DNA from: Octopus vulgaris | Lineage: Eukaryota | Direction of reading: 5' to 3' | Assembly: GCA_951406725.2 (NCBI GenBank) | Contig: OX597823.1 | Span: 116,622,001 to 116,686,000 of the forward strand | DNA: 64,000 nucleotides | In this document: positions 1 to 13,165 of the stretch, piece after piece | How the letters are laid out: each line of letters begins with the position of its first letter | Position numbering within the stretch: the first letter of the stretch is position 1 | The notes under the pieces: generated by a model | The model's input: the letters and a program-made list of their open reading frames with translations, nothing else | The model's database searches: none | Told to the model about the DNA's origin: nothing | Translations under genes and position numbers: made by a program

Positions 1-366
1 TATTTTGTCTGCCGTTACATTCTGAGTTCAAATTCTGCCGACTCGACTTTGCTTTCATCCTTTCAGGGTTGATAAATTAAGTACCAGTTGTGCACTGGGG
101 TCGATATAATCGACTTAATCCATTTGTCTGTCCTTGATTGTCCTCTCTGTGTTTAGCCCCTTGTGGGTAGTAAAGAAATAGGTATTTCGTCTGCCACTAT
201 GTTCTGAGTTCAAATTCTGCCAAGGTCGACTTTGCCTTTCATCCTTTCGGGGTCAATAAATTAAGTACCAGTTACGCACTGGGCTCGATATAATCGACTT
301 AATCCATTTTGTCTGTCTTTGTTTGTCCTCTCTGTGTTTAGCCCCTTGAGGGTAGTAAAAGAAATA
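1..366 (+). mobile_element. SINE family A (tRNA-derived, MetaSINE-like central domain), two head-to-tail units
   Basis: Two ~180-bp units TTCTGAGTTCAAATT (B box)...GCCTTTCATCCTTTCGGGGTCGATAAATTAAGTACCAG...GCCCCTTGTGGGTAGTAAAGAAATA; more than 15 related copies in the window. The MetaSINE domain assignment is from recall. Confidence 0.85.
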
Positions 367-709
367 CGTACATATACCTTTGAAACTGTATCTTGAAGCG
401 TAAAAATAAAGAGTACAAATATTTGCTTCAGATGCCAACTCTTTTCTCCATACCATTACTAACATTGACATTGATCCAAACTATGATCTCTTTGAACTGA
501 GAATTAAAGAATATTAACTCTTGATGCTATGCATCCTCAACCAACTTGGAATGAATGATGACTCTATAATATATATATGACTGTCATCATCATCATCATC
601 GTTTAACGTTCGTTTTCCATGCTAGCATGCGTTGGACGGTAATATATATTTACTTTGAGCACTTTTGCTGCACTTGTTTTGCGTTAAAGAATAATTTTTA
701 GTATTACGC

Positions 710-1283
710 TTTTACTCTTTTACTCTTTTACTTGTTTCAGTCATTTGACTGTGGTCATGCTGGAGCACCGCCTTTAGTCAAGCAAATCGACACCAAGACT
801 TTTTCTTTGTAAGTCCAGTACTTATTCTGTCGGTCTCTTTTGCCAAACCGCTAAGTTACAGGGATGTAAACACACCAGCATCAGTTGTCAAGCGATGTTG
901 GGGGGACAAACACAAACACCTAAACATATACTAACATACACATGTATATATGTGCTTGTCTCCCCCTTGTAAAAATAAGGACACAGGAAATGTGTCAAGG
1001 CCGACAGGAAGCGTTGATGCTTCCTAGGGCTAAATAGCAGTAGTTTGATTCCCTTCATGGGACTGTCACATTAAGTTGACAGTATACAACTGTTATATAT
1101 ATATATATATATATATACATATATACAACGGGCTTCTTTCAGTTTCCGTCTACCAAACCTACTCACAAGGCTTTGGTCGGCCTGAGGCTATAGTAGAAGA
1201 CAGTTGCCCAAGGTGCCACACAGTGGGATTGAACCTGGAACCATGTGGCTGGTAAGCAAGCTACTTACCACACAGCCACTCCT
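710..1283 (-). mobile_element. SINE family B (OR-like, CORE-like domain), full length, with an insert in the central TA tract
   Basis: Minus-strand head GGAGTGGCTGTGTGGTAAG...GGTTCAATCCC...CCTTGGGCAAC, central (TA)n, tail ending ACTGAAACAAGTAAAAGAGTAAAAGAG; more than 10 related copies in the window. Confidence 0.85.
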
Positions 1284-1340
1284 ATGCTGACCAAAGCCTT
1301 GTGAGTGGATTTGTAGATGGAAACTGAAAGAAGACCATCA

Positions 1341-1945
1341 TGTGGTGAAGCATGACCTTCGAACTTTAGGTCTCACTGAGGAAATGACTAGAGACCGAGT
1401 CCTCTGGAAGTGTGCTGTGCACGAGAAGACCTGGCAGGACAAGTGAGTCCATAACCCGTGGCCTTCTACATGGGATGGAGCCAGCCTACGTATGCATACC
1501 TTCCCTTCTTGGGACACAAAACTCTACTTGTGAAGACCTGTTGAGGCAAGTAAGGATCAGAATCGAAATCGATCAATGGAAATTGCAGATGTGTTACCAG
1601 TGCCGGTGGCATGTAAGAGAACCTTCCGTTTCGCGACCGTTGCCAGCACCGCCCCGTTTCGTGTCCGTTGCCAGCCACGCCTGGCCCTCGTGCCGGTGGC
1701 ACATAAAAAGCACCATCCGTTCGTGGCCGTTTGCCAGCTCTGTCTGGCACCTGTGCGGGTGGCACGTAAAAAGCACCCACTACACTCATGGAGTGGTTGG
1801 CGTTAGGAAGGGCATCCAGCCGTAGAAACACTGCCAGATTTGACTGGGCCTGATGAAGCCTTCTGGCTTCACAGACCCCAGTAGAACCGTCCAACCCATG
1901 CTAGCATGGAAAACGGACGCTAAACAACGATGATGATAATGATGA
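1341..1945 (+). mobile_element. 5'-truncated RTE-clade LINE (ORF C-terminus, 3' UTR, (GAT)n tail)
   Basis: Translates VVKHDLRTLGLTEEMTRDRVLWKCAVHEKT; UTR has repeated GTGCCGGTGGCAC..AAAAAGCACC units; ends GCATGGAAAACGGACGCTAAACAACGATGATGAT. Confidence 0.8.
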
Positions 1946-2294
1946 TATATATATATATATATTTACAACAAAGTCTTTATTCCCTTAATACCCCATAATT
2001 GCTCATTTTTGCATGCTCATAATTGATTTGTATTACTTAGAGTAATTAAACAATTACTTTTGTTTTGCAAAAACATGTTTTATATTTCTTGCATTTTGTT
2101 TTGTACAGTATTGAGTATCCATATTATATAATAAAAACAGATTTATGCAACTTACCCAGATAAAGTCATCAGCTCATGTCATGCTGGTATGTTCTTGAAT
2201 GGAAGAAAAGAATTATTTTGTAACTGGGTGTCAATGGTAGACATTTTAATTTTGTAGAACTTGCTATTATTTTTGAGTATCATACTATTTTGGC

Positions 2295-3375
<1,081 letters not shown>

Positions 3376-3976
3376 AAATACGACAATGGCTTGCTTTGTA
3401 TGGCTGAATGCACCTCATAATACCAACCACTTTACAGAATCTATTGGGAGCATTAGAAAAGTTGTCATGTCCCTGATGGGATAAAGAGTCTCCTCTACTC
3501 TTTGCTGTCTCTAATAATCACTCACTACACAAAGTGTGCCGAATGCATTTTATAATGGCACCAGCATGAGAGAGGTTGTCTTGTTCCCTGTAAGATTATA
3601 GAGTTTTCCCTACTATACATAGTTTCCATTCGTTTTTTTCAAAGTAAATGTCAACAAGAGTGAAAATAGGAAGAAAGTGATGATCAAGAGTATGATGTTC
3701 AACAATTGAGGATTGTAGGGGATCTCATGCCATCCCTCATTACTCTGGTACCATGAGACAAGGGAGGTGAAGTGGAATTGGTATAGAGAGAGTGATGAGG
3801 ATTTGTGTTGGAAGAGGAGTTGAGGAATAATAATAATGAGTGATTGTGGCATAGTACAATAAACGGGATGGAGGTTGATAGATGTGAAAATATCAACTAG
3901 GATGGAGATGGAGACTTAAGAGGAGTATACTAGGTGAAGGTGCTAATGGTATATTATACATCCCAATTTACACTGC

Positions 3977-4365
3977 CACTACCACCACCACCACCACCAC
4001 AGCCACCACCACCACCACAACCACCACCACAGCCACCACCACCACATCCACCACCACCACCACCACCACCATCCACCACCACTACCACATCCACCACCAC
4101 CACATCCACCACCACCACATCCACCACATCCACGACCACCACCACCACCACAGCCACCACCACCACAGCCACCACCACCACATCCACCACATCCACCACC
4201 AACATCACCACAGCCACCACCACCACATCCACCACCACCACCACCACCACACCACCACCACCACATCCACCACCACTACCACATCCACCACCACCACATC
4301 CACCACCACCACATCCATGACCACCACCACAGCCACCACCACCACCACAGCCACCACCACCACCA
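3977..4365. repeat. Degenerate (CCA)n microsatellite
   Basis: Direct reading; explains the poly-P/T/V/G/W ORFs. Confidence 0.95.
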
Positions 4366-4817
4366 CTGTCTTGCTGGTGTAGCTTATAAAATTATACAAC
4401 ATAAAATGTCCCCATTCATTTCAATTCTAAATCATCTGCAATATTCAGCATTCTTAGATCCGACTGTCACTACAACTTATTTCTAATTTCTAAATCTTCT
4501 TTGGTCTGCTTTAACTAAACATTCTTCCCACCTTCGCTTCAAACCATTCTATAACTAACCATACATAATCAGTGTTTTTATACATCCATACCAATAAAAC
4601 TTATTCGTTTGCACTGTGGTGTGTGATGTAATTTAGAGCTAACTGCTAAATCTCCATCATCAAAAGATTCTAATATATAAACAGTCAATGGAGAGAGACA
4701 GTGTTGTTCTTTCGATCTGTACAAAAGTTAAGCTTGACTCAAATATATAAAATTGTGGTGTTTAGTTCTGCATATTCTCTCTCAGGAACAAAAATAATAT
4801 AAACACAACACACATAC

Positions 4818-4861
<44 letters not shown>

Positions 4862-5601
4862 AAAGTATTTTGATTTGTGTTTTAATGCAAAAATGCCAAA
4901 TGCTAATACAGAGGTGTGTTAGAAGTTTATACAGACTCTCATAGTAGTGTCTGGTTAAACTGAATTATTTCCCATGGTGACAATAAACAGCCACAAAAAC
5001 CTTTAGTAATGATGAAATAATCTGGTTTAGCAAAATGCAATTAAATATTTTCTTATATAGAATTAATAAATTCCTGTACTCTTTAATGTGCTAACATACA
5101 TTTCCTCAATAATAAATCAAATATATAAATATGTATACATTTACACAATATATATGGATTTTGTCCCACCTCTCATAGATATTTGTGTATGTGTGAATTT
5201 ATATATATATATGTACATATACATATGTATATGTATATATATATATATGTGTGTGTATTTCATTCAGTTAGAACAACTTCAGAAACCATTTTTTTTTTAT
5301 TCAGCAAATAAAAGCACTTGTATGTGTTTATTTATGGCCATATTATATACATACATGTGTAGACACACACTGATCTATAAGTGTATAATATACACATGAT
5401 TGTGTGTGAGAGTGATCCAGAGAATGTTGACAGTTCCTGCAGAGAGGGACATTTTTGTCACGTTTATTAAATATTTTCAAAAATTCCGATCATATTAAAG
5501 TATTATGTTTAATAAAGTTAACATCATTTCACTGCAAATTAGTGAGCTGCAAGATTTGCCAACCAAAAAAATACACATATATACACATACACATTCTTAT
5601 A

Positions 5602-5657
<56 letters not shown>

Positions 5658-6696
5658 TATATTTATATTTATATATGTATGTATGTATATGCATATGTGT
5701 TATATTATGCATTATATATATATATATATATATGTATGTATATATATAAAGAGACATAATATGTTTTATATGTATCGTCATTTAACATATATATGTGCAT
5801 ATGTGCGTGTGTTTACATACATGTATTTATATTTTTGTATTATTCTATATGTATCCTTATATGAAATATATGTGTGTGTTTGATATGGATATTTGTTGTA
5901 TGTGTATATAGAGCGATACACACATATAACTGTACTTTTTGACAAGAGTGCTTATAAATGCCAGTGTGTGTGATTCAAATTCAATATTCTATATTTCTGT
6001 AACCACTGAACAGTGTTTACAATCTCAATTCTGAGAAGTATTTCTACCGTCAGATAGGATGAGTTCTCTTTCAATGAAGCAATTTATTTTTTGGGGCTTC
6101 TCCTCGCTCCTTCTTTCTTAAAACGTCATAAATGCATACAGTGAAACATACGTCAATACTGATTGGTTGCTTGCGCATACACACGCACACACACACACAC
6201 ACACAACACACGCATACGCACACTCATACATCCACTCACTCTTGCACACACATTCACGCAGCAACGCATATTTTAGGCGATGAATTGGCACAGGCATTAT
6301 AACTAAGGTTAAAATGACTCATAGAATTTGTTCCAGCTCTCCTCATTCTTAGTTCAATCCCTACTGGAGTTCACTCTGTCTTTTGTACATTCAGGACCAA
6401 TAAAATATAGTACCAGTTCAGAACAGTGGATTGGTCAAATTTTTAGAACCTCAAATGACAGCTTTTTGTAGTTGTTCTGCCTCATAGCATTCCAAATTTT
6501 AGACTGGTAGACATGACTCATCACCAGGTTTAACACCCCCATCTGGACCTTTCATCACCTTTCATCACAGAATAAAATTTCATGACCATTCTTATAATGA
6601 TGTTAATTATCCACCAAAAATTAGAATTGAAAATTTCTGTTTCTGCGATACTTTTGCAGCACCTCATACAGTTTTCCTATCCACCACTAAAAGTGT

Positions 6697-6912
6697 TTAA
6701 CTCTTGCCCTGTAAACAAATATTTGGTGAAATATGTGAAAAAATTCTGAAAATCTGCAAAGTTGTCTTTTATGAAAAGTGTTACTGGTGGTGTCTTTGAT
6801 TCTTGCAGCATAAAGAGAAGCTTTTTCAAATAAATGGGTAAAAATGCTTTCCACAGTTAATGGTAATAAAATTTGGAGAGAACATACCTGCTTTCTATAT
6901 TCAAAGGGTTAA
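6697..6912. mobile_element. Possible decayed piggyBac-type MITE
   Basis: TTAA-CTCTT ... AAGGG-TTAA ends only. Confidence 0.3.
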
Positions 6913-7399
6913 CAAAGTTCACTCTGGTGCAAAGCTTTAGGTCAATCTTGTAGCTTGAAGATAACCGCTTTCCTTTACCCTACATGCCTTGAAGGCCCTG
7001 TAACATTTAAGGGTCATGAATGTCGTCTTTCCTCCTAATTGAGAAGCTAAAAAAATAAATTAAATATGCATAGATTTATGCTGATTTGAATCAGATCTCA
7101 GGCCCATGTACATGGATACACACATACATATAAAAGCACTTTGAGGATCAGTGGATCAGAATGAAAAAATGGTAAAAATATTATTAGCAGTCTAAAAAAT
7201 GATAGTGTGTGTATATGTGTGTGGTATAGTGTGAAGATATATATGTATGTATGTAACGTATAGATAGATAGATAGATAGATAGGGAGGGAGGGAGGGGAG
7301 AGGGGGAGTGAGAGGGTGGAGGGAGGGAAGGAGGGAGAGGAAAGAAGTGAGAGAGAGAGGAAACAGATAGAGAGAGCGTGTATTGATAGTAAGTATACA

Positions 7400-8175
7400 T
7401 CTATGTCTCTACAAATTCTTAGAACCTCCATGCTGCTGCCCAGCAACACGCAATCAAGCACTTTAAATGCACTCATCATAGATGCAACACTTGTCAATCA
7501 ACAGTGCTACAACCATTATCAGAGCTAAGTTACAATACCACAGTATGCAAAACTTTTGAAGTACATCTGACATCATCCTATATTGTACCACTTACACAGA
7601 ACCCTGTGGTGCTTTTTACATTGGTGGAATGAGCTGTTACTTTGCGAATTGCCCTCCTCTACACATTCATAGCTACTTATGCCAAACTGACCTCTGGCCA
7701 CTGACTTCAGCACAATGGGCTCCATTACCCACTTCTCAGTGACCGGAATTTATGCAAACCATATGTGAAGATTCACACTCAAGGAAACAAGGAAGAACAT
7801 TTCCTATTCTGACTCAGAATCATCACACCTATCATCTTAAATTAATGTCTTTCCTTCTACCCCATCGACTCATTCTTATACTGTAATTTCTGCTTTATTC
7901 ATTATGTCTTTCCTTGCTTTTATTTTCCCTCTCCTTCAACATCGTCTAGATTCTCCGATTTTTCTTTCTCTTGCACCTTACCAAATTTCTTTCTCCCACT
8001 TCACACTCTTTATACAGACACTCACAATTTTTGCACTCCCTATCAGTTGCTGAAAGATTCTCTAATATAGAGGATGAAAGCTCTGTTTTATTTTTATTTT
8101 TTTCATTTTCTCTGTCATCTGAAGAAGGATTCTGTTTAAAACATCAAAAACTCTATTTTGTATTTTTGTATAGAT
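7400..8175 (+). mobile_element. Decayed Penelope-like element 3' end (Cys linker, GIY-YIG endonuclease, eroded hammerhead)
   Basis: Frameshifted translation HFKCTHHRCNTC then STSDIILYCTTYTEPCGAFYIG (GIY-YIG pattern); CTGAAGAAGGATTCTGTTTAAAACATCA at 8119 resembles a CpG-decayed hammerhead. Confidence 0.7.
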
Positions 8176-8208
8176 AAATGTATATTTGTATGTACACACG
8201 CACACACA

Positions 8209-8251
<43 letters not shown>

Positions 8252-8479
8252 TTACTTATGTCGATGTAAAACAGAAAGTGTTTGCAAAAGTGGAAAACTG
8301 AAGATGACATAAGGAGTGGACAGGATGACTCCAGAATACTGAGCCTTACAAAGGTGATGACGAAGGATTAGTACTAAGAGGAAAGATGATGTTTTGAAAG
8401 CAGACATGACTGACCTATGCCAGCAAGTAAATATCGATATTAAGATAATTAAATATACATACATATATATATATAATGT

Positions 8480-8672
8480 GACTGCGTGTGTATTGTTGGC
8501 GATTTTTTTTCCTCTGTCTTCCTTTCCTCGGAACTTTCCTTTTCCTATGTTTCTGATGAAGAGCTCCGCTCAAAACGTTAAATCCTCCTTCTTTCTTTCC
8601 TTTCCTGAGTGTCCAATAACACTATACTTGTTCCCCGTCCTCGCGTTGTTGTGTTTTCATGTTTGGATTAAC
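8480..8672 (+). mobile_element. Penelope-like pLTR fragment with minimal hammerhead (G12 mutated)
   Basis: TTT-CTGATGA-A-GAGC-TCC-GCTC-AAAAC-GTT-AAA at 8550-8582, flanked by TA tracts. Confidence 0.6.
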
Positions 8673-8703
<31 letters not shown>

Positions 8704-8834
8704 ATATGTATATATGTATATATATATATCTATATATAGAGAGAGAGAAAGAGATAGTGATGCAAATAAACAAATAACCATGCATCGGCTTGATATATAA
8801 AATATACATACATATATTCATGTAAATATATATG

Positions 8835-9158
8835 GGGATATTTTAAAGACAAGAAAGTAAATTTCGAATGCAGAATAGCTGTGAAAACAGCAGAAAAACT
8901 TAGTATTTTTATCCAGGAAAAGTTGCCAGTGGGTGGCGACAAGACTTGAACCTGAATCCCTTAGATACCAGCTAAGAACTCTTTTCCATTAAGTTAAACA
9001 GCCCCCTGACAGCAATTACTGTAAATTTTAATGCTAGATGATAATAGATTTTGGAATGTAACAACTTTTTCCATCTTATAAGAGTGAAATACCCAATCTT
9101 TCTGTTATTTTCACAGCCATATTGCATTCAAAATTTTCTTTCTTGTTTGTAAAATCCC
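8835..9158. mobile_element. Inverted-repeat element (60-75 bp imperfect arms) enclosing a tRNA-like cassette
   Basis: CAAGAAAGTAAATTTCGAATGCAGAATAGCTGTGAAAACAGCAGAAA (8850) versus reverse complement of 9087-9145 CAAGAAAGAAAATTTTGAATGCAATATGGCTGTGAAAATAACAGAAAG. Confidence 0.7.
8930..9003 (-). pseudogene. tRNA-Thr(GGT)-like pseudo-tRNA
   Basis: D arm ACTT/GAGT, anticodon arm CTTAG-CTGGTAT-CTAAG, T arm CAGG-TTCAAGT-CTTG at canonical spacing; acceptor stem badly mispaired. Confidence 0.55.
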
Positions 9159-9657
9159 AAAAGCATTTGACACTTCCAAAGTTTATTCATAAAATGTTGT
9201 CTCATAAGGGTTATATATAAAAGAGAAGAAAAACTAGAAATATTCAGATGAACACTCATGCATAATCATATAGATATTTATATAATTTATTTATCTAAAA
9301 TTACAGAACAGATCTACAAGATGTACAAAGAAACAGAAAGCTAAGAGGAGAGGGTATGGTGTTTCAGATCCAACAGCTGTTTCTGGGGGCTCAGAATTAT
9401 ATAATAATTGTAATGTTGGCAGATGGATCCTAGGAGTGTTTATTTGTATCATTATCTCCATATCAGCTCACCTGGAATCCTCTTATAGCCATTCTTTATC
9501 CCATGGATTTAGTCTTCTATAAAAAATTTCAGAGTGTAAGTTCAAATTATTTGAGCACTACTAAGTGTTTTCTATATTGAGCATATCTGGGTATCATCTG
9601 TTAACTCTATACACACTCACTCGCTCACTCACTCACTCACTTACTCAAACACAAACG

Positions 9658-9706
<49 letters not shown>

Positions 9707-9744
9707 ACACACACGCACGCAAACACACACACACACAATTGTCA

Positions 9745-10470
9745 TCATTGTTGTTTTTAACGTCCACTTTTCCATGCTCACAAAAGTTAGATGAAATTAA
9801 TTAGGGCAAATTCTCTAGGGTGGCTGTGCTTCTAGTCACCTGTTTCCACGTAATATGATATCTCCCCCATGATCAGACATGTTTTCATGGAAGCTTGGAA
9901 ACAAAGGACAGAGCTTGCATGATGATGATACTCATTTACAAATATCATGTGATGTCAAGGCAAGGATTTTAGCACACACGCATGCACACACATACACACA
10001 TATATATTCACACGTATATATTCACATGCATATTTATATGATGAGATTCTTTCACTTTTGAATTTCCCAATCCACTCTCAAAGTTGTGGTCAGTCTGGAG
10101 CAATAGCAGAATAGCAGAAGACACTTGCCCAAAGTACCACACAATGAGACTGAACCCAAAACCTTGTGATTGGGAAACAAACTTCTTATTTCTTTATTAC
10201 CCACAAGGGGCTAAACACAGAGGGGACAAACAAGGACAGACAAAGGGATTAAGTCAATTACAACGAACCCAGTGCCTAACTGATACTTAATTTATCGACC
10301 CAGAAAGGATGAAAGGCAAAGTCAACTTCGGCGGAATTTGAACTCAGAATGTAGCAGCAGACGAAATACCGCTAAGCATTTCGCCCGGTGTGTTAACGTT
10401 TCTGCCAACTTGCCACATTCTTACCACAAACTTCTTACCACAAACTTCTTACCACACTGCTGTGCCTGCA
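9745..10470 (-). mobile_element. SINE with family-B head and RTE-type tail, interrupted by a family-A SINE (10186-10415, minus)
   Basis: B-type head at 10040-10185 and 10420-10470; tail ends GCATGGAAAAGTGGACGTTAAAAACAACAATGATGAC on the minus strand. Confidence 0.7.
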
Positions 10471-11061
10471 CACATACACATCCTTACACATGCATGCTAA
10501 CACAGACATGAATACATACATACATGGACACACTCACAAAAACACACACACAAAAATTACAGATATAAATTTATCTAAATAGAGGCGTTATAGAAAACAT
10601 ATCTCAGTAAGTTGGTCGAGGTCTGAAAGTTGTGTATTATCGATTGGTTTATACTTATGTGTGTTTTCTATCTATTATCCTCTCAATTTAGTCTTGTCTA
10701 CTGTTGTTGTGCGAACAAGGTCTGTTATGCTGATAGTGATGAACATTATGATGATGGTTATGATAATGGTTTTACGAGAAAAGTTTTATTGGCACATTTC
10801 CTAACCATATTGCATTTGTAACATTATCAAATATTTGGGGATTATAGTTTTAGATGAACGATGCAGCATTCTGGTTCTGTGGGGGTGGAGGGTGGGGGTG
10901 GAGGTTTATCGGATATTTACTGTTATTGGTTGTTGTTTCTGTTTATTGTTGTCTTTTTTTGTTTTTTTCCAACTGTTATCTTTCCTATCAAGCATAATTG
11001 CTGGACTGGCTTGCATTCTATTATTCTGGACAGGACTGGATAAATACATACACACATATGC

Positions 11062-11094
<33 letters not shown>

Positions 11095-11449
11095 GGTTCC
11101 ACATTCCGTGAGTGGGATGGGTCATTACTGGACACCAAGGTGAGGGGATGGAGACTTCATTTTAGCTTGGTTTCTGCGACTGGTTCCCCCATTCCAACAC
11201 CAAACATTTCATAAAGTGTACAGGGTGCATTTATAGTGATAGCAGTACTAGGGAATATTCCCATGTCCTTTTGGAAACACATACACACACGTTCACATGG
11301 TACTGTGGTTGAGAACTTTACCTCCTAACCACATAATCTCAGGTCCAGTCCTACTGTGTGACACTTTGAACAAGTGACTTCTACTATAATGCAGGCCAAC
11401 AAAAGCCTTCTGAGTAGATTTAGTAGACAGAAACTGAAAGAAGCCAGTT

Positions 11450-11740
<291 letters not shown>

Positions 11741-11775
11741 TATGTGTCTGCGTGCATGTGTGTGTGTGTGTGTGC

Positions 11776-11937
11776 AAGAAATGTAAGCATTAAACAAGTG
11801 TCTAAACCCAAGTTTTTAGCCTATCATCATCATCATCAGCTGACGTTAAACAATGACGATGAGGATGAATAAAATCAACAAGCACAGTTAGGGGTAAAAA
11901 CTTAGGTTTAGACAATCGTTTAATGCTTACCTTTCTT
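11776..11937. repeat. ~48-bp inverted repeat around a 65-bp spacer
   Basis: AAGAAATGTAAGCATTAAACAAGTGTCTAAACCCAAGTTTTTAGCCTA versus reverse complement of 11889-11937 AAGAAAGGTAAGCATTAAACGATTGTCTAAACCTAAGTTTTTACCCCTA. Confidence 0.85.
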
Positions 11938-12422
11938 ATGGATCTCTTATCAGGCCTCATCAGTCATTTTTGTGGCCTGATGTACAAATCACAACCACTT
12001 CCCACACATCTAAGTAAAGGATCTGTAGGAAGCTGACCACCATATTCTATTTTCTAAACAACAACTAATCTAGAAAAATACAAGTTTCTTGAGCCAAAAC
12101 AATCTGAGCATTTGCGAAAGTGCTTAAAATATTTGCACCAAGAGAAAACATTTAGCATCAGAGATTTCTTCATTGAATCACCTGAAGTTCTAACTGAAGA
12201 TTTTTTCTAAACTAAAAGAATTTGACCTTTTCCAATGAATTCTGCAGAAATCTACAGATAGTAATTGGTTTGGTTGAAGCTGTGTCTCCCCCACCTCTCA
12301 TTCACACATTCTTCTGCCAAGTCTACATAGATTTATTCTTGATTAATTCCTTTTATAAATAGTATCATTCTATCCTCCTCCTCCTCCTCCTCCTCCTCCT
12401 CCACCTCCTCATCATCATTCTT

Positions 12423-12826
12423 AAGGTAGTGAACTGACAGAACTGTTAACAGCATTTCTTTTGGATCTTTATGGTATTTCGTCTGTCGTTACGTTCCGAG
12501 TTCAAATTCCGCCGAGGTCGACTTTGCCTTTCATCCTTTTGGGGTCGATTAAATAAGTACCAGTTACACACTAGGGTCGATATAATCGACTTAATCCGTT
12601 TGTCTGTCCTCTCTGTGTTTAGCCCCTTGTGGGTAGTAAAAAAAAAATAGCTATTTCATTACATTCTGAGTTCAAATTCCACTGAGGTCAGCTTTGCCTT
12701 TCATCCTTTCGAGGTCGATAAATTAAGTACCAGTTACGCACTGGGGTCGATGTAATTGACTTAATTCCTTTGTCTGTCCTTGTTTGTTCCCTCTATGTTT
12801 AGCCCCTTGTGGGCAATAAAGAAATA
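12423..12826 (+). mobile_element. SINE family A, two tandem units
   Basis: Matches the family A consensus twice. Confidence 0.85.
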
Positions 12827-12924
12827 AGAATCATTAACATTCCAAACAAATGAGGTTGATATTGCCCTTCATTTTTTCCAGTTTTCTTAAAGAGTATCAG
12901 TCAAGTATTGTAAAGTAAAAATAA

Positions 12925-13165
12925 GTGAAGTCATACCAACTCATAAGGGCCGGCTTCCAGTTTCCATGGCATATAAATTCCCCCACCTGGATGGGATGCC
13001 AGTCCTTTGCAGGATTAACTCATTTTTGCCAGCTGAGTGGACTGGGGCAACATGAAATGAAGTGTTTGGCTCAAGAACACAACATATCGCCTGGTCCAGG
13101 AATCGAAACCACAATTTTACAGTCATGAGTCCAACACCCTGACCACCAAGCCATGTGCCTCCACT
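12925..13165 (-). mobile_element. SINE family C (tRNA head, TTGAGC.AAACACTT..TTTCA.GTTGC.CCAGTCCACTCAGCTG body)
   Basis: A box TGGCTTGGTGG and B box GGTTTCGATTCC on the minus strand; a related head lies at 41056-41197. Confidence 0.65.

Noticed and set aside
1009-1037. Words resembling a pistol ribozyme (AAGCGTTGAT, TAGGGC, TAAATAG)
   Set aside because: Wrong order, and the required P1 and pseudoknot pairings are absent; treated as coincidence
1590-1780. Regularly spaced GTGCCGGTGGCAC...AAAAAGCACC units resembling a CRISPR array
   Set aside because: Internal repeats of the RTE 3' UTR with related spacers; eukaryotic context and no cas genes
3934-4320. Pro/Thr-rich mucin- or extensin-like ORF; also the Gly-rich ORF at 33310-33621
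   Set aside because: Trinucleotide repeats open in most frames, with no domain or splice support
9360-9470. Further possible hammerhead (GAAACAGCTGT, minus strand); also 2526-2560 and 50530-50590
   Set aside because: CUGANGA box or stems too degraded to support a call
12058-12210. 50-codon open stretch LEKYKFLEPKQSEHLRKCLKYLHQEK...
   Set aside because: No start codon, weak splice acceptor, no recognisable homology; this length is expected by chance
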